The notes beneath the pieces were generated by a model that saw only the letters and a program-made list of their open reading frames with translations, was not told where the DNA came from and ran no database searches. From IMG/VR virus record IMGVR_UViG_3300008267_000364, positions 5,179 through 69,178 of that record: DNA of 64,000 nt. One strand, 5' to 3'. The DNA is from a virus. Position numbers and translations under genes: made by a program. Shown here piece after piece: positions 28,325-37,915 of the stretch (within the stretch, counting starts at the first letter, position 1; every line of letters begins with the position of its first letter).

Positions 28325-28651
28325 ATGGAAACAAACATTACTTTAGACAAATATTGTAAATATTTGTATTTTTGGAATGGTAAACCTACAACATTAGGTC
28401 AATTATCAAATCCACAATTAGAATCAATTATTAAATTTATTAACAAATATCCTTCAGGATTATTAAATGGTTATAGTAAACCAATGTATGTAGAAGCAGT
28501 AACTTACATTCTTAAATGTAGAGCTAATGCAACTAATTTTAGATTGAAAAAACTAGAAAGTATTTATGCTAACAAAGCTGAAGAGAAAGCTGAAAGATTA
28601 AGTAATCATATATTACAATGTATGATTAACACTGAAAAACAATATAAATAA
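28325..28651 (+). CDS. Hypothetical protein
   Basis: 108-aa ORF. Confidence 0.6.
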   Translation: METNITLDKYCKYLYFWNGKPTTLGQLSNPQLESIIKFINKYPSGLLNGYSKPMYVEAVTYILKCRANATNFRLKKLESIYANKAEEKAERLSNHILQCMINTEKQYK

Positions 28652-28652
28652 T

Positions 28653-28862
28653 ATGCTTAGTAAAGAAGAAGTAAAAGAAATTATTAATGGTAATAATCTT
28701 CATCCATTAGATATGGTAAAAGTAATAGTAAAATATATCTATGATCTTAAAAATGTAGAATTAGATATTAATAATATTAATTTACCTAATAATCCTAAAG
28801 ATGGAATGTTTCTAAATATAATGTATTCAGTAGCAAGTAATTATTATAGAAATGAGCAGTAA
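28653..28862 (+). CDS. Hypothetical protein
   Basis: 69-aa ORF overlapping the polB start. Confidence 0.6.
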   Translation: MLSKEEVKEIINGNNLHPLDMVKVIVKYIYDLKNVELDINNINLPNNPKDGMFLNIMYSVASNYYRNEQ

Positions 28863-30684
28863 ATGGCAAAAAGTAATTTGTGATGTTGAGGTTTACTCAA
28901 ACTGTTTTCTCTGTGCTATACAAGATGTAGATACTAAAGAGAAAATAGTTTGGGAAATTTCAGATAGAATAAATGAATACAGTAATATTGTAGAATTTTT
29001 TAATAAGTTTAAACAATATCTTATTACATTTAATGGAATACATTATGATAATTGTATATTGATGTATATTATCCACAATAATCTAACTAATGTAGAAAAT
29101 TATCTACAAAAACTTAAAGAATGGTCAGATTATATTATCAATAATGAATTTTGGTGGAATGACAAAGAATTAAGTAAATACAAGTATCATAATAAATGGA
29201 CAGATATAGATTTGTATTTATACTGGTCTAAAATGCTTAGATTAAGTAAGAAATTAAGCTTAAAAGGGCTTGCTATTCAACTTAATTATCCTACAGTACA
29301 AGAATTACCATTTGATCCCTCAATGAGCTTAAATCATGCTCAAATTGATGAATTGAGACACTATAATAGTGTACATGATTTAGGTATTACTCAATTATTG
29401 TATGATTCAATGATTAATGAGATTAGGTTAAGACAATATATCAATACTGCTTATAATTTAAAATGTTATTCTTGGGATGCTCCTAAGATAGCATCTGAAT
29501 TATTGTTACAAGAATATTGTAAAATAACTGAACAAGATCCTAAATATGTTAAAAGTCTTAAGTTTGAACATAATAATAAATTAGAATTACCAGAAATTAA
29601 CTTTCAATTAGATTGTTTTAAAGATTTATATAAAGGAATGTCTAACTCTTTAAATGAGTTTAGTAAAGAAATTGTATTAATTAAAAACAGTACTGCATTA
29701 AAATTAACTTATGGTAAGGGTGGTTTACATAGTGTAAATAAAAATGAATCTTATTATGAAAATGATAGTCATTGTATAATAACTTCAGATGTAGCTAGTC
29801 TATATCCAAATCTTATTATCAATTATAAATTATTAAGATATAAAGAGGTAATTGAATTATATACTAATGTTAAAGCTGATAGGATTGAAGCTAAAAGAAA
29901 TAAAGAGAAGTCTAAAGATGCTTTGTTAAAATTAATTCTTAATTCAACTTCAGGTATGATAGATAATCAATATTCTTGGCTTTATTATCCTGAAGGTGCA
30001 ATGAAACTTAGATTAATGGGTCAATTAATTCTTACAGTAGCTATTGAAAGATTGGTATTAGCTGATTATCAAGTAGTTAGTGCAAATACAGATGGTATTG
30101 AAGTTGTTGTTCCTAAAAATAAAATTGAAGATTATAAACAAATTATTGATCAAGTTGGTAAAGAATTTAATTTAGAATTTGAACATGAGTTTTATAAAAA
30201 GATTATCTACATGAATGTAAATAATTATTTAGCTGAGGGTTCTAAAATTAAACAAAAAGGTTTATTTGTTGAGAAACCTGAATTAGGTAATAGTGTAGAT
30301 TATCTTGTAATACCTAAAGCATTAAAAGCTTATTACATTGATAATATTCCTGTTAAACAATTTGTTGAATCACATAAAAACATATTAGATTTTTGTTGTA
30401 GTCAAAAAGTAGATAAGTCTTATCATATTGAATGGACTTCACCTGATTTTGTTAAATCTAAACAACAAAGATTAAATAGGTTTTATGCTTCAACTAAAGG
30501 TGGTTATATCTTTAAATGTAGAGATGGTAAACAACATCATTTATTAAAAGAATCTGGTGTAATGATATATAATAATCATAATTCTGAAGTATTTCCTACA
30601 GATGTTAATTATAGTTTTTATATATCAGAAATTAATAAAATTATTAATCAAATAAACTGTAATAACCAAATGAGTTTATTTTAA
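28852..30684 (+). CDS. polB: Family B DNA polymerase
   Basis: Exonuclease motifs DVE and FNGIHYD; polymerase motifs SDVASLYPN, KLILNSTSG, ANTDG. Confidence 0.92.
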   Translation: MSSKWQKVICDVEVYSNCFLCAIQDVDTKEKIVWEISDRINEYSNIVEFFNKFKQYLITFNGIHYDNCILMYIIHNNLTNVENYLQKLKEWSDYIINNEFWWNDKELSKYKYHNKWTDIDLYLYWSKMLRLSKKLSLKGLAIQLNYPTVQELPFDPSMSLNHAQIDELRHYNSVHDLGITQLLYDSMINEIRLRQYINTAYNLKCYSWDAPKIASELLLQEYCKITEQDPKYVKSLKFEHNNKLELPEINFQLDCFKDLYKGMSNSLNEFSKEIVLIKNSTALKLTYGKGGLHSVNKNESYYENDSHCIITSDVASLYPNLIINYKLLRYKEVIELYTNVKADRIEAKRNKEKSKDALLKLILNSTSGMIDNQYSWLYYPEGAMKLRLMGQLILTVAIERLVLADYQVVSANTDGIEVVVPKNKIEDYKQIIDQVGKEFNLEFEHEFYKKIIYMNVNNYLAEGSKIKQKGLFVEKPELGNSVDYLVIPKALKAYYIDNIPVKQFVESHKNILDFCCSQKVDKSYHIEWTSPDFVKSKQQRLNRFYASTKGGYIFKCRDGKQHHLLKESGVMIYNNHNSEVFPTDVNYSFYISEINKIINQINCNNQMSLF

Positions 30685-30695
30685 AAACAAAAACA

Positions 30696-31097
30696 ATGAA
30701 AACTAAAAATTTTGAAGTAGGAGATTTAGTAAAATTAAAGATAAGTGATAATAATTGGAATGAAGATATGGATTATTTTCATGAAATGATTGTTGAAATT
30801 AAACAAATTTTAGAAATGCGTAATGGTAAAACAAGAATTAGATTTGATGAAGATAATGGTTGGGAATTTGTTTATGAAGATGGTCATTTTGAATTATATG
30901 AAAAAGCTAAACCTGTTGTTAATAAACATTCTAGTATAGATGATGAAATATCTTATCAAGAATCATTATTAAATAATATTATATTTCATGAATCTAAAAA
31001 AATAAATGAACTTAAATCTGATATAGAAGGTATTAAATCTAAAAGAAAAAAAGTAGATTATAATAGTATAACAATTAAATTAAATTATAAACCCTAA
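30696..31097 (+). CDS. Hypothetical protein, SH3/KOW-like N-terminus
   Basis: FEVGDLVKL start. Confidence 0.55.
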   Translation: MKTKNFEVGDLVKLKISDNNWNEDMDYFHEMIVEIKQILEMRNGKTRIRFDEDNGWEFVYEDGHFELYEKAKPVVNKHSSIDDEISYQESLLNNIIFHESKKINELKSDIEGIKSKRKKVDYNSITIKLNYKP

Positions 31098-31109
31098 AAA
31101 CAAAAACAA

Positions 31110-31400
31110 ATGGCAAAAGTGGAAAAACCAGCATCAATGAAGTATGTAGATTTAATTAATCGTGATTCTTCAGAAACTAGACAAGATGAATTAGTATTAC
31201 ATGCAAAGACAGCAGAGCTTCAAGTAGAAGCAGATTTAATTCAAGCAGCAAGACTTGAAAATTTAGCTAAAGTAACATTGAATAATGTAATTTCAATGAT
31301 TCCTTTTAGTCCAAAAAACTATATTAATGCAAAGCGTGATTTGCAAGATGCACAAGACTTAATTGCTGAGTTAAAAGCAATAAAACAAGAATTATTTTAA
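31110..31400 (+). CDS. Helical hypothetical protein upstream of the Ubl gene
   Basis: 96-aa ORF with A-rich leader. Confidence 0.65.
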   Translation: MAKVEKPASMKYVDLINRDSSETRQDELVLHAKTAELQVEADLIQAARLENLAKVTLNNVISMIPFSPKNYINAKRDLQDAQDLIAELKAIKQELF

Positions 31401-31432
31401 TTATTAACCTTAAACTTTAAAAAACAAAAAAC

Positions 31433-31666
31433 ATGAGAACTATTACAGTATTAAATCCACAAACACAAACTCCAGTAACTATTAACTCTGATGTTACAAC
31501 TTGGGCTGAATTACAAGAAGTTTTAATTAACAATAACATTAATCCAACAGGTATGAAGGGTATTGTTAGAGAAACTCGTAATTCATTAGAGTCAGGATCT
31601 GCTATTTTACCAGAAACTAACTTTACATTATTTTTATCAGCTTCTAAAATGGCTGCAGGTCACTAA
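31433..31666 (+). CDS. Ubiquitin-like (beta-grasp) protein
   Basis: 77 aa; strand-strand-helix (TTWAELQEVL)-strand...strand (FTLFL) pattern; tail KMAAG-H; adjacent to E2, JAB and E1 genes. Confidence 0.7.
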   Translation: MRTITVLNPQTQTPVTINSDVTTWAELQEVLINNNINPTGMKGIVRETRNSLESGSAILPETNFTLFLSASKMAAGH

Positions 31667-31692
31667 TATTAATTTAATTAAAAAACTATAAA

Positions 31693-31941
31693 ATGTCAAG
31701 TATAGATACAAACTCTATAATTAATTCTTTAAGACAAGAATTAAGTTTAAAATTAGAAGAAATGATTGAAGAAATTCAAGAGATTCTTGAAGAAAAAATT
31801 CAAGATGCTGTTGAAAATATTCAAGATGAAATAAATAATGGTGATCATGATTCAATAGCTCCTATTAGAGGAAGAGAGCTTACTCAAGCTGAAATACTTT
31901 TAGCTGAACAACGTAAAATAGAAAGAGAACTAGGTTTGTAA
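31693..31941 (+). CDS. Acidic coiled-coil protein
   Basis: 82 aa, Glu/Ile-rich heptads. Confidence 0.6.
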   Translation: MSSIDTNSIINSLRQELSLKLEEMIEEIQEILEEKIQDAVENIQDEINNGDHDSIAPIRGRELTQAEILLAEQRKIERELGL

Positions 31942-31948
31942 CTAACAA

Positions 31949-31974
31949 AGCCCTTCTGAAAAGAGGGGCTTTTT
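31949..31974 (+). terminator. Intrinsic terminator/attenuator between the Ubl unit and the enzyme genes
   Basis: AGCCCTTCT-GAAA-AGAGGGGCT followed by TTTT. Confidence 0.8.
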
Positions 31975-31987
31975 AAATTAAATTAAA

Positions 31988-33241
31988 ATGGAAACAATAG
32001 AAGAAGTTAGCCCATTATTAGACATATCTACGTTAAAAGAAGGTGATTATTTTTATCATAATGATTATGATCAATCATTTTTTAAATTCATAAGAATACA
32101 TGATGAAAAATACATATTATCTGAAAAAATTGATAATACTAGTTTTGATTTAATATCATCAAATTATCTTTTAGAATTACCAAATCTTGCAAAAAAAATT
32201 CAAATAATTAAAGATGAATATTTTATAAACAATGTTGAAAATTTTCGTATTTCAATAGGTAATATGTATAGAGTATTATCTGATGCAGAAGATGATTATT
32301 TTGCTTATAAAAAAAGATTAATAAATTTTGAAGATAGAAAACAAAGATCAAAGTTTATAGAAGTATTGAAACATCATTTTGATGAAGACCATTATGAAAT
32401 AAATAAAGTTGGATCTGAATTACATTTTATTTTAAAGTATGATGATATTACTATTGAAAATTCTGAAGACAGATCTCATTTTATTAAATCATTATTTGTT
32501 AAGTTAAAATTTAATACTAACAGTAATACTTTTAGTGATAATATGGAAGGTTATAGAGGTGAAATGTCTATTAAAGAGTTATGTTCTTCTTATTTTCATA
32601 GTCATTTGAGTACTCATACATCTAGTTTTCAATCATTTTGTTTAGGTGCTTCAGAATTAGGTATTCTTTTATCTGATTTACACAATAAACAATTTAATCA
32701 AGATTCTTTTGATTTACTTTTATATACTATTTCAGAATATGTTAAATGGGAATCTTTAGCTGGTGGACCTTACATTAAAATAAAAGATTTAAGTTATTCT
32801 ACTAATAGAACTACTTTAAATTCAATAAATGTTGATGATACTAATAATACTATAAAAGCTTTCATAGATTCAAAATCAGATTTTAATACTAAATTTAATT
32901 TTAGTAGTAATTCTATTGAAGTTGTTAAAGATGAACAGTTTGTAAAAAACATTACTAAACTTATTCCCGATAGATTAAAAGTAATTATGGTTAATGATAC
33001 TACATCACCTATTTGTGATATGGAATCTACTAAAAGAAGTGCAGTAAGTAAATTAGGTACATTAACTAAATTTTCATTTAAAGGTAAAATGTATCCATGT
33101 TTATATGAAGAACCTGAGTTTCAACAACTTAATAATCAAGATAACATAGAAGCACATCCTTTATTAGTAGATAAAGTTAAAAAACATTTAGAACAAAAAA
33201 TTAATAGTCACTTTTTAAAACAATTAAATGAAAAAGTATAA
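31988..33241 (+). CDS. Prokaryotic E2-like (UBC-fold) protein
   Basis: YFHSHL-x10-CLG, resembling E2 HPN/HPH...C; followed by WESLAGGPY; operon context. Confidence 0.65.
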   Translation: METIEEVSPLLDISTLKEGDYFYHNDYDQSFFKFIRIHDEKYILSEKIDNTSFDLISSNYLLELPNLAKKIQIIKDEYFINNVENFRISIGNMYRVLSDAEDDYFAYKKRLINFEDRKQRSKFIEVLKHHFDEDHYEINKVGSELHFILKYDDITIENSEDRSHFIKSLFVKLKFNTNSNTFSDNMEGYRGEMSIKELCSSYFHSHLSTHTSSFQSFCLGASELGILLSDLHNKQFNQDSFDLLLYTISEYVKWESLAGGPYIKIKDLSYSTNRTTLNSINVDDTNNTIKAFIDSKSDFNTKFNFSSNSIEVVKDEQFVKNITKLIPDRLKVIMVNDTTSPICDMESTKRSAVSKLGTLTKFSFKGKMYPCLYEEPEFQQLNNQDNIEAHPLLVDKVKKHLEQKINSHFLKQLNEKV

Positions 33242-34340
33242 AGAAATAAATTTAAAAGCTAAATCTAAATTAATCATTTCTAAAGAACTTCAATCTCAAA
33301 TTATGTTCTTACATAATAAGGTTAAAGATATTGAGTGGTCAGGTATATTATTTCACAGTGTAGTATCTGGAAATATCAATGAACCTGAAACTTTAGTATT
33401 GAAAGCTGAAAAAGTATATTTACAAGATATTGGTGTAAGTACTTATACAGAGTTTGAAACTAATGAAAAGATATTAGATTTTTATGATGCTTATCCTCAA
33501 GCAATGTCTTGGAAAATGAGCTTAATTCACACTCATCATTCAATGCAAGCTTTCTTTAGTGGTACAGATACTCAAGAATTACATGATAATGCTGGTAAAT
33601 ATAATTATTATTTATCATTAATAGTTAATCATAAATCTGAGTTTTGTGCTAAAATTGCAATAGCTGCTGAATATAACATTGAAAAAGCAAATTATACCTT
33701 TAAAGGTTTTGAAGGTATAGAAACTATTGAAACTTCAGGTACTAAATCTGATGTATTGATGTTAATAGATTGTGATATTGAGTTTGAACAAGATGAGTTT
33801 GATGTACAAAAGTATAATGAAATAAAAGAATCTAAGAAAGTAGTTAAACCTACTTATGATTTCTCAAATTCATTTGGTGAAGGTTTTGGTAGATATGGTT
33901 ATCCTAAAACAACCTATTCTTCTAATCCTGCATATAACTATAATTACAATAGTCAAACTAATTTATTTGAAGAACCTAAAATAACTACAACTTATGAATT
34001 ATCTGATTTTGAAGTAAGAAAGTTTTTAGTAAAATGGTTAACATTAGATGTTACTAATGATACAATTTTATCTGATGTATTATCTTTAGTTAATAAGTAT
34101 AAAAATACTAAAATAACTAACTTTATTGAAGAAATAGATATGAATTTAGAATACTTTATTGAAGAAGTATTTCCAAACTTACCTGCTGGTAAAGAAACTG
34201 ATAAGTTATTACTTGCTGCAGTAGATGTGTTATCTAAGTATTCTTCATTTAAAGTTACAAATAGTATTATTGATTTATTATCAATGTATATATCAGACTA
34301 TTATAAAACTACTAAAAAATCTAAAACTAGTAAAGTATGA
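33228..34340 (+). CDS. JAB/MPN+ metallo-isopeptidase
   Basis: EWSG...HTHHSMQAFFSGTD matches JAMM motif E-xn-HxH-x7-S-x2-D. Confidence 0.88.
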   Translation: MKKYKEINLKAKSKLIISKELQSQIMFLHNKVKDIEWSGILFHSVVSGNINEPETLVLKAEKVYLQDIGVSTYTEFETNEKILDFYDAYPQAMSWKMSLIHTHHSMQAFFSGTDTQELHDNAGKYNYYLSLIVNHKSEFCAKIAIAAEYNIEKANYTFKGFEGIETIETSGTKSDVLMLIDCDIEFEQDEFDVQKYNEIKESKKVVKPTYDFSNSFGEGFGRYGYPKTTYSSNPAYNYNYNSQTNLFEEPKITTTYELSDFEVRKFLVKWLTLDVTNDTILSDVLSLVNKYKNTKITNFIEEIDMNLEYFIEEVFPNLPAGKETDKLLLAAVDVLSKYSSFKVTNSIIDLLSMYISDYYKTTKKSKTSKV

Positions 34341-35023
34341 GTCAAATTAATGTCAAAACTTCAAGATTTAATGAAGCTCCTTGGTTTAAAGAAGGACAAG
34401 ATGTTTTAATAGGTGGTTCAGGTGGTATAGGTTCTTGGTTAGCATTATTCTTAGCTAGACAAAGTTGTTATATTTATATTTTTGATGATGATAACTTTGA
34501 AGAAGTTAATATTGCAGGTCAATTCTGTAAAGTATCTGACATTGGTAAATCTAAAACATCAGCTACTAGAGAAAATATTATTGATTTTACAGGTAATAGA
34601 AATGTAGACGAATTTGGTTTATATAGTGAAGACTCATTAGCTAACTCAATAACTTTTTCTGGTTTTGATAATATGAAATCAAGAAAAATTATGTTTGATA
34701 ATTGGGTAAAATATATAAATGATGATAATGAAGATAATTTTTCAGTATTTATTGATGGTAGACTTAATGCTGAAGAAGCAGAAATCTATGTTGTAACTCC
34801 AGATAAAATTGAAGATTATCGTAAAACATTATTTGATGATTCTGAAGCTAGTCCATTAAATTGTAGTTATAAATCTACTAGTCATTGTTCAGCAATGATA
34901 GCAGCATTAATGACTTCTGCATTTAATAATGCTTTTACCAATTACAAATTAAAGCTTAATTATCGAGAAGTTCCTTTTAGTATTAAGTATCAATTACCAT
35001 TATTAAATTTTGAAATAAAATGA
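34337..35023 (+). CDS. ThiF/E1-like adenylating enzyme
   Basis: GSGGIGS, DDDNFEEVNIAGQ, GKSK, FDNMKSR, IDGR; candidate catalytic Cys in PLNCSYK. Confidence 0.9.
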   Translation: MSQINVKTSRFNEAPWFKEGQDVLIGGSGGIGSWLALFLARQSCYIYIFDDDNFEEVNIAGQFCKVSDIGKSKTSATRENIIDFTGNRNVDEFGLYSEDSLANSITFSGFDNMKSRKIMFDNWVKYINDDNEDNFSVFIDGRLNAEEAEIYVVTPDKIEDYRKTLFDDSEASPLNCSYKSTSHCSAMIAALMTSAFNNAFTNYKLKLNYREVPFSIKYQLPLLNFEIK

Positions 35024-35988
35024 TTACACCAATATTTAAAATTATACCAAATGGGCAAATTTCTAATAATTCTTTAAGTTTTAATACATCATTAGATTAT
35101 ATTCCTACATTACTTATTCCTAAATTTAAAATAGTTTCAAGTAATCCTATGCTTAGTAGTGGTTCTTTTAATATTAAAAATTGGGATGTTAAAAAAAGAA
35201 ATGAAGTTTTTGCTAAATATACTACTCTAAGATATAATCATCAAACTCAAAGATTAGGAAAATTATTTCATTCTCATTTATGTGTAAAAGTTATTAATAA
35301 TAATTCTATTGTTGAAAGTTTAAAAACTACTAAAGAAGATATTCTTAATATTATAGATAATACTATTTATGGTATTAGTGATACTGTAAATGTTATAGAT
35401 TATTTTGGTAGTAGACCATCAACTGAATTATTAGGTTATTTTAAAAATCATTATAATTATGATCAACTTTCAAATCTTACTTATGGTTCAGGACCAAATA
35501 AAACAACTTGTTTAATAAGCTCTGAATTTATAGCAGATAATTATAATAATGTTAATTGTGATATAAGTTATGTTTTAATGATAAAGAAAGAATATATTGT
35601 TGAATATATTTTATCATCATTATTAGGTAAACCTATAAACAAAAGTAATTTTCAATGGTGGGTTGATAGTAGAAATACTACAAGATTAAATGAATTTAAA
35701 AAGCGATCTTATAATCAGTTTGTAAAACATATAAAAGAAACTGATATTGAAATTATTGCTAAAGAAAATTTAAATAATCTTATCTTAAATTTTGAAAGTC
35801 CTAAGATTTCATCAATATCTGAAATCAGAGATTTTAATCAAAAATTAAACTTACATGTGAAAAACTTTATGTATAATTCAGAAGAAAACCTACCTGAATT
35901 AGACTTAAAAATTAGTAAAGAAGTTATAAAAACAGTACCTTTAAAAGGTATGAAAATTAAAAAAGTAGAACCACAATTAGTAGATTAA
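35020..35988 (+). CDS. Hypothetical protein translationally coupled to the E1 gene
   Basis: 322 aa, ATGA overlap. Confidence 0.65.
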   Translation: MITPIFKIIPNGQISNNSLSFNTSLDYIPTLLIPKFKIVSSNPMLSSGSFNIKNWDVKKRNEVFAKYTTLRYNHQTQRLGKLFHSHLCVKVINNNSIVESLKTTKEDILNIIDNTIYGISDTVNVIDYFGSRPSTELLGYFKNHYNYDQLSNLTYGSGPNKTTCLISSEFIADNYNNVNCDISYVLMIKKEYIVEYILSSLLGKPINKSNFQWWVDSRNTTRLNEFKKRSYNQFVKHIKETDIEIIAKENLNNLILNFESPKISSISEIRDFNQKLNLHVKNFMYNSEENLPELDLKISKEVIKTVPLKGMKIKKVEPQLVD

Positions 35989-36007
35989 CAATTAAAAACC
36001 AGTAAAC

Positions 36008-36244
36008 ATGGAAAATTTAACATCAGAAACAACAATTTCAAGTAGTAATGAAACTACAACAACTTCTAAAGAAGTACGTCAAATTTCTAAATCTGAATTA
36101 ACTAGATTAGTTAATGAAGGTAAGAAGAAGGATGAAATATCCTCTTATTATGGATTGAATAACGCTCAAACTACAAAGTTATTACAATCTGCTGGATTAA
36201 AAATTCGTAAATTTCACAAACCAACTTTTACATTAGTAGACTAA
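36008..36244 (+). CDS. Small HTH-like protein
   Basis: GKKKDEISSYYGLNNAQTTKLL. Confidence 0.55.
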   Translation: MENLTSETTISSSNETTTTSKEVRQISKSELTRLVNEGKKKDEISSYYGLNNAQTTKLLQSAGLKIRKFHKPTFTLVD

Positions 36245-36245
36245 T

Positions 36246-37322
36246 ATGAATAGAGAAGATATTCAAAAGATAGCTTTAAATAAAGCATTAGAACATAAAA
36301 GATGTAGTTTAGCTTTAAGCGGAGGTACTGGTAAAACATTAATAGGATTGCAACACATGGCTAAACACAGTAGTGATTCTAAATTTTTAGTAGTAGCTCC
36401 AAAGAAATCTATATTTCAATCTTGGAAAGATGATGCTGTAAAGTTTAACTTTGAGTATCTTCTTAAACAAATTACATTCTGTACATACTTATCATTACCT
36501 AAACAAAAACCAGACTTTCATACTATTTATTTAGATGAGTGTCATTCATTAAAACTTAATCATAATGAGGTTTTAAGTAAGTTTAATGGTAGTATATTAG
36601 GATTGACAGGAACACCTCCTAAACATCCTCATTCTGAGAAATCGTTTATGATTGACAAGTACTGTCCTGTAATTTATTCTTATAATACTGATGAAGCCGT
36701 TGATCACAAAATTTTAAATGATTATAGAATTGTAGTTCATTATGTGAATTTAGATTTAAATAAAAACATTAAAGTTACAAAACCAAATGCTACTTGGATG
36801 ACTAGTGAAATTCAATTATACAATTATTGGACAGCTAGAGTAGATTCATCTGTAGGTAAAATGAAACAGATAGCTGCTATTCAAAGAATGAAAGCTATGC
36901 AATTATTTGTATCTAAAGAAAACAAAGCTAGAGAATTATTAAATAGCATTGGTGAGTATAATAAATGTTTATGTTTTGCTAGTACACAAGAACAAACTGC
37001 AAAGATATGTCCTGCTACATATCATTCTAACAATAAGTTTTCTGAAAAGAACTTAGAAGCATTTAAATCTGGTACATTAAAAAAGTTATGTGCTGTAGAA
37101 CAACTTAGTGAAGGTATTAACATTCCAAATCTTAAATATGGTATAATTATGCACTCTTACGGCAATGAGAGAAAAGCTAGTCAGAAAATATTTAGATTTT
37201 TAAGGTTAAATCCTGATGAGCAATCTACTGTACATATTCTTTGTTTTAAGAATACTATTGATGAACAATGGGTTAAATCAGCATTAGAAGATTTTAATCA
37301 AGATAAAATAACGTATATATGA
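36246..37322 (+). CDS. Superfamily 2 helicase
   Basis: GGTGKT, DECH, LTGT, EGINIP, QKIFRFLR. Confidence 0.88.
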   Translation: MNREDIQKIALNKALEHKRCSLALSGGTGKTLIGLQHMAKHSSDSKFLVVAPKKSIFQSWKDDAVKFNFEYLLKQITFCTYLSLPKQKPDFHTIYLDECHSLKLNHNEVLSKFNGSILGLTGTPPKHPHSEKSFMIDKYCPVIYSYNTDEAVDHKILNDYRIVVHYVNLDLNKNIKVTKPNATWMTSEIQLYNYWTARVDSSVGKMKQIAAIQRMKAMQLFVSKENKARELLNSIGEYNKCLCFASTQEQTAKICPATYHSNNKFSEKNLEAFKSGTLKKLCAVEQLSEGINIPNLKYGIIMHSYGNERKASQKIFRFLRLNPDEQSTVHILCFKNTIDEQWVKSALEDFNQDKITYI

Positions 37323-37915
37323 TAGATAAAATTAATGTAGAAATTGAAAGTTTACTTTCAAACAAGTTAAAACTAGAAGAATATTTTATTTTATTTTGTT
37401 TAGTCAATAGTGATGAAGATTTATTAGTAAAATACATTACACATTGTGGTGCTATTGATACTAATATTTTTCAAAAGTTAAGGCAATCTGGATTTATTGT
37501 TCTTTCAAATGAAGTTGATATTACATTTAACAGTATTAGAGTAACTGATCAAACTGAAAAATTATTTGGTTCAAAAAATAGTATAGAGTTCGATTTATTA
37601 TTTCAGGAAGTATTAGCAACATACCCTAATAAAGTTAAAAGATTAACTGGTGGTACAAGAAGATTACATAATGATTTAGTAAGATGTAAGAAGAATTATA
37701 AAACTACCATTGTGCATAATGGTGTTATTAATTTGGAATTACATAAGAAAATAATATTATGTATTCAAATGTATTATCGAGAACATTTGAAAGATAATAA
37801 ACAGGAATTTATGCAATTGTTAGCTACTTTCTTATCTCAAAGAACTTGGGAACAATATTTATCTGATTTAACTAATGTAACAACTTTACCTCAAAATACT
37901 TATGACGCAATTTAA
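37319..37915 (+). CDS. Putative replication initiator / helicase loader
   Basis: Immediately upstream of DnaB; YPNKV...ATFLSQRTWE resembles replisome-organiser C-termini. Confidence 0.5.
   Translation: MIDKINVEIESLLSNKLKLEEYFILFCLVNSDEDLLVKYITHCGAIDTNIFQKLRQSGFIVLSNEVDITFNSIRVTDQTEKLFGSKNSIEFDLLFQEVLATYPNKVKRLTGGTRRLHNDLVRCKKNYKTTIVHNGVINLELHKKIILCIQMYYREHLKDNKQEFMQLLATFLSQRTWEQYLSDLTNVTTLPQNTYDAI

Noticed and set aside
34337-35023. Thiamine/molybdopterin biosynthesis or CBASS Cap2/Cap3
   Set aside because: No ThiG, MoaE, CD-NTase or effector genes; the context is Ubl, E2 and JAB.
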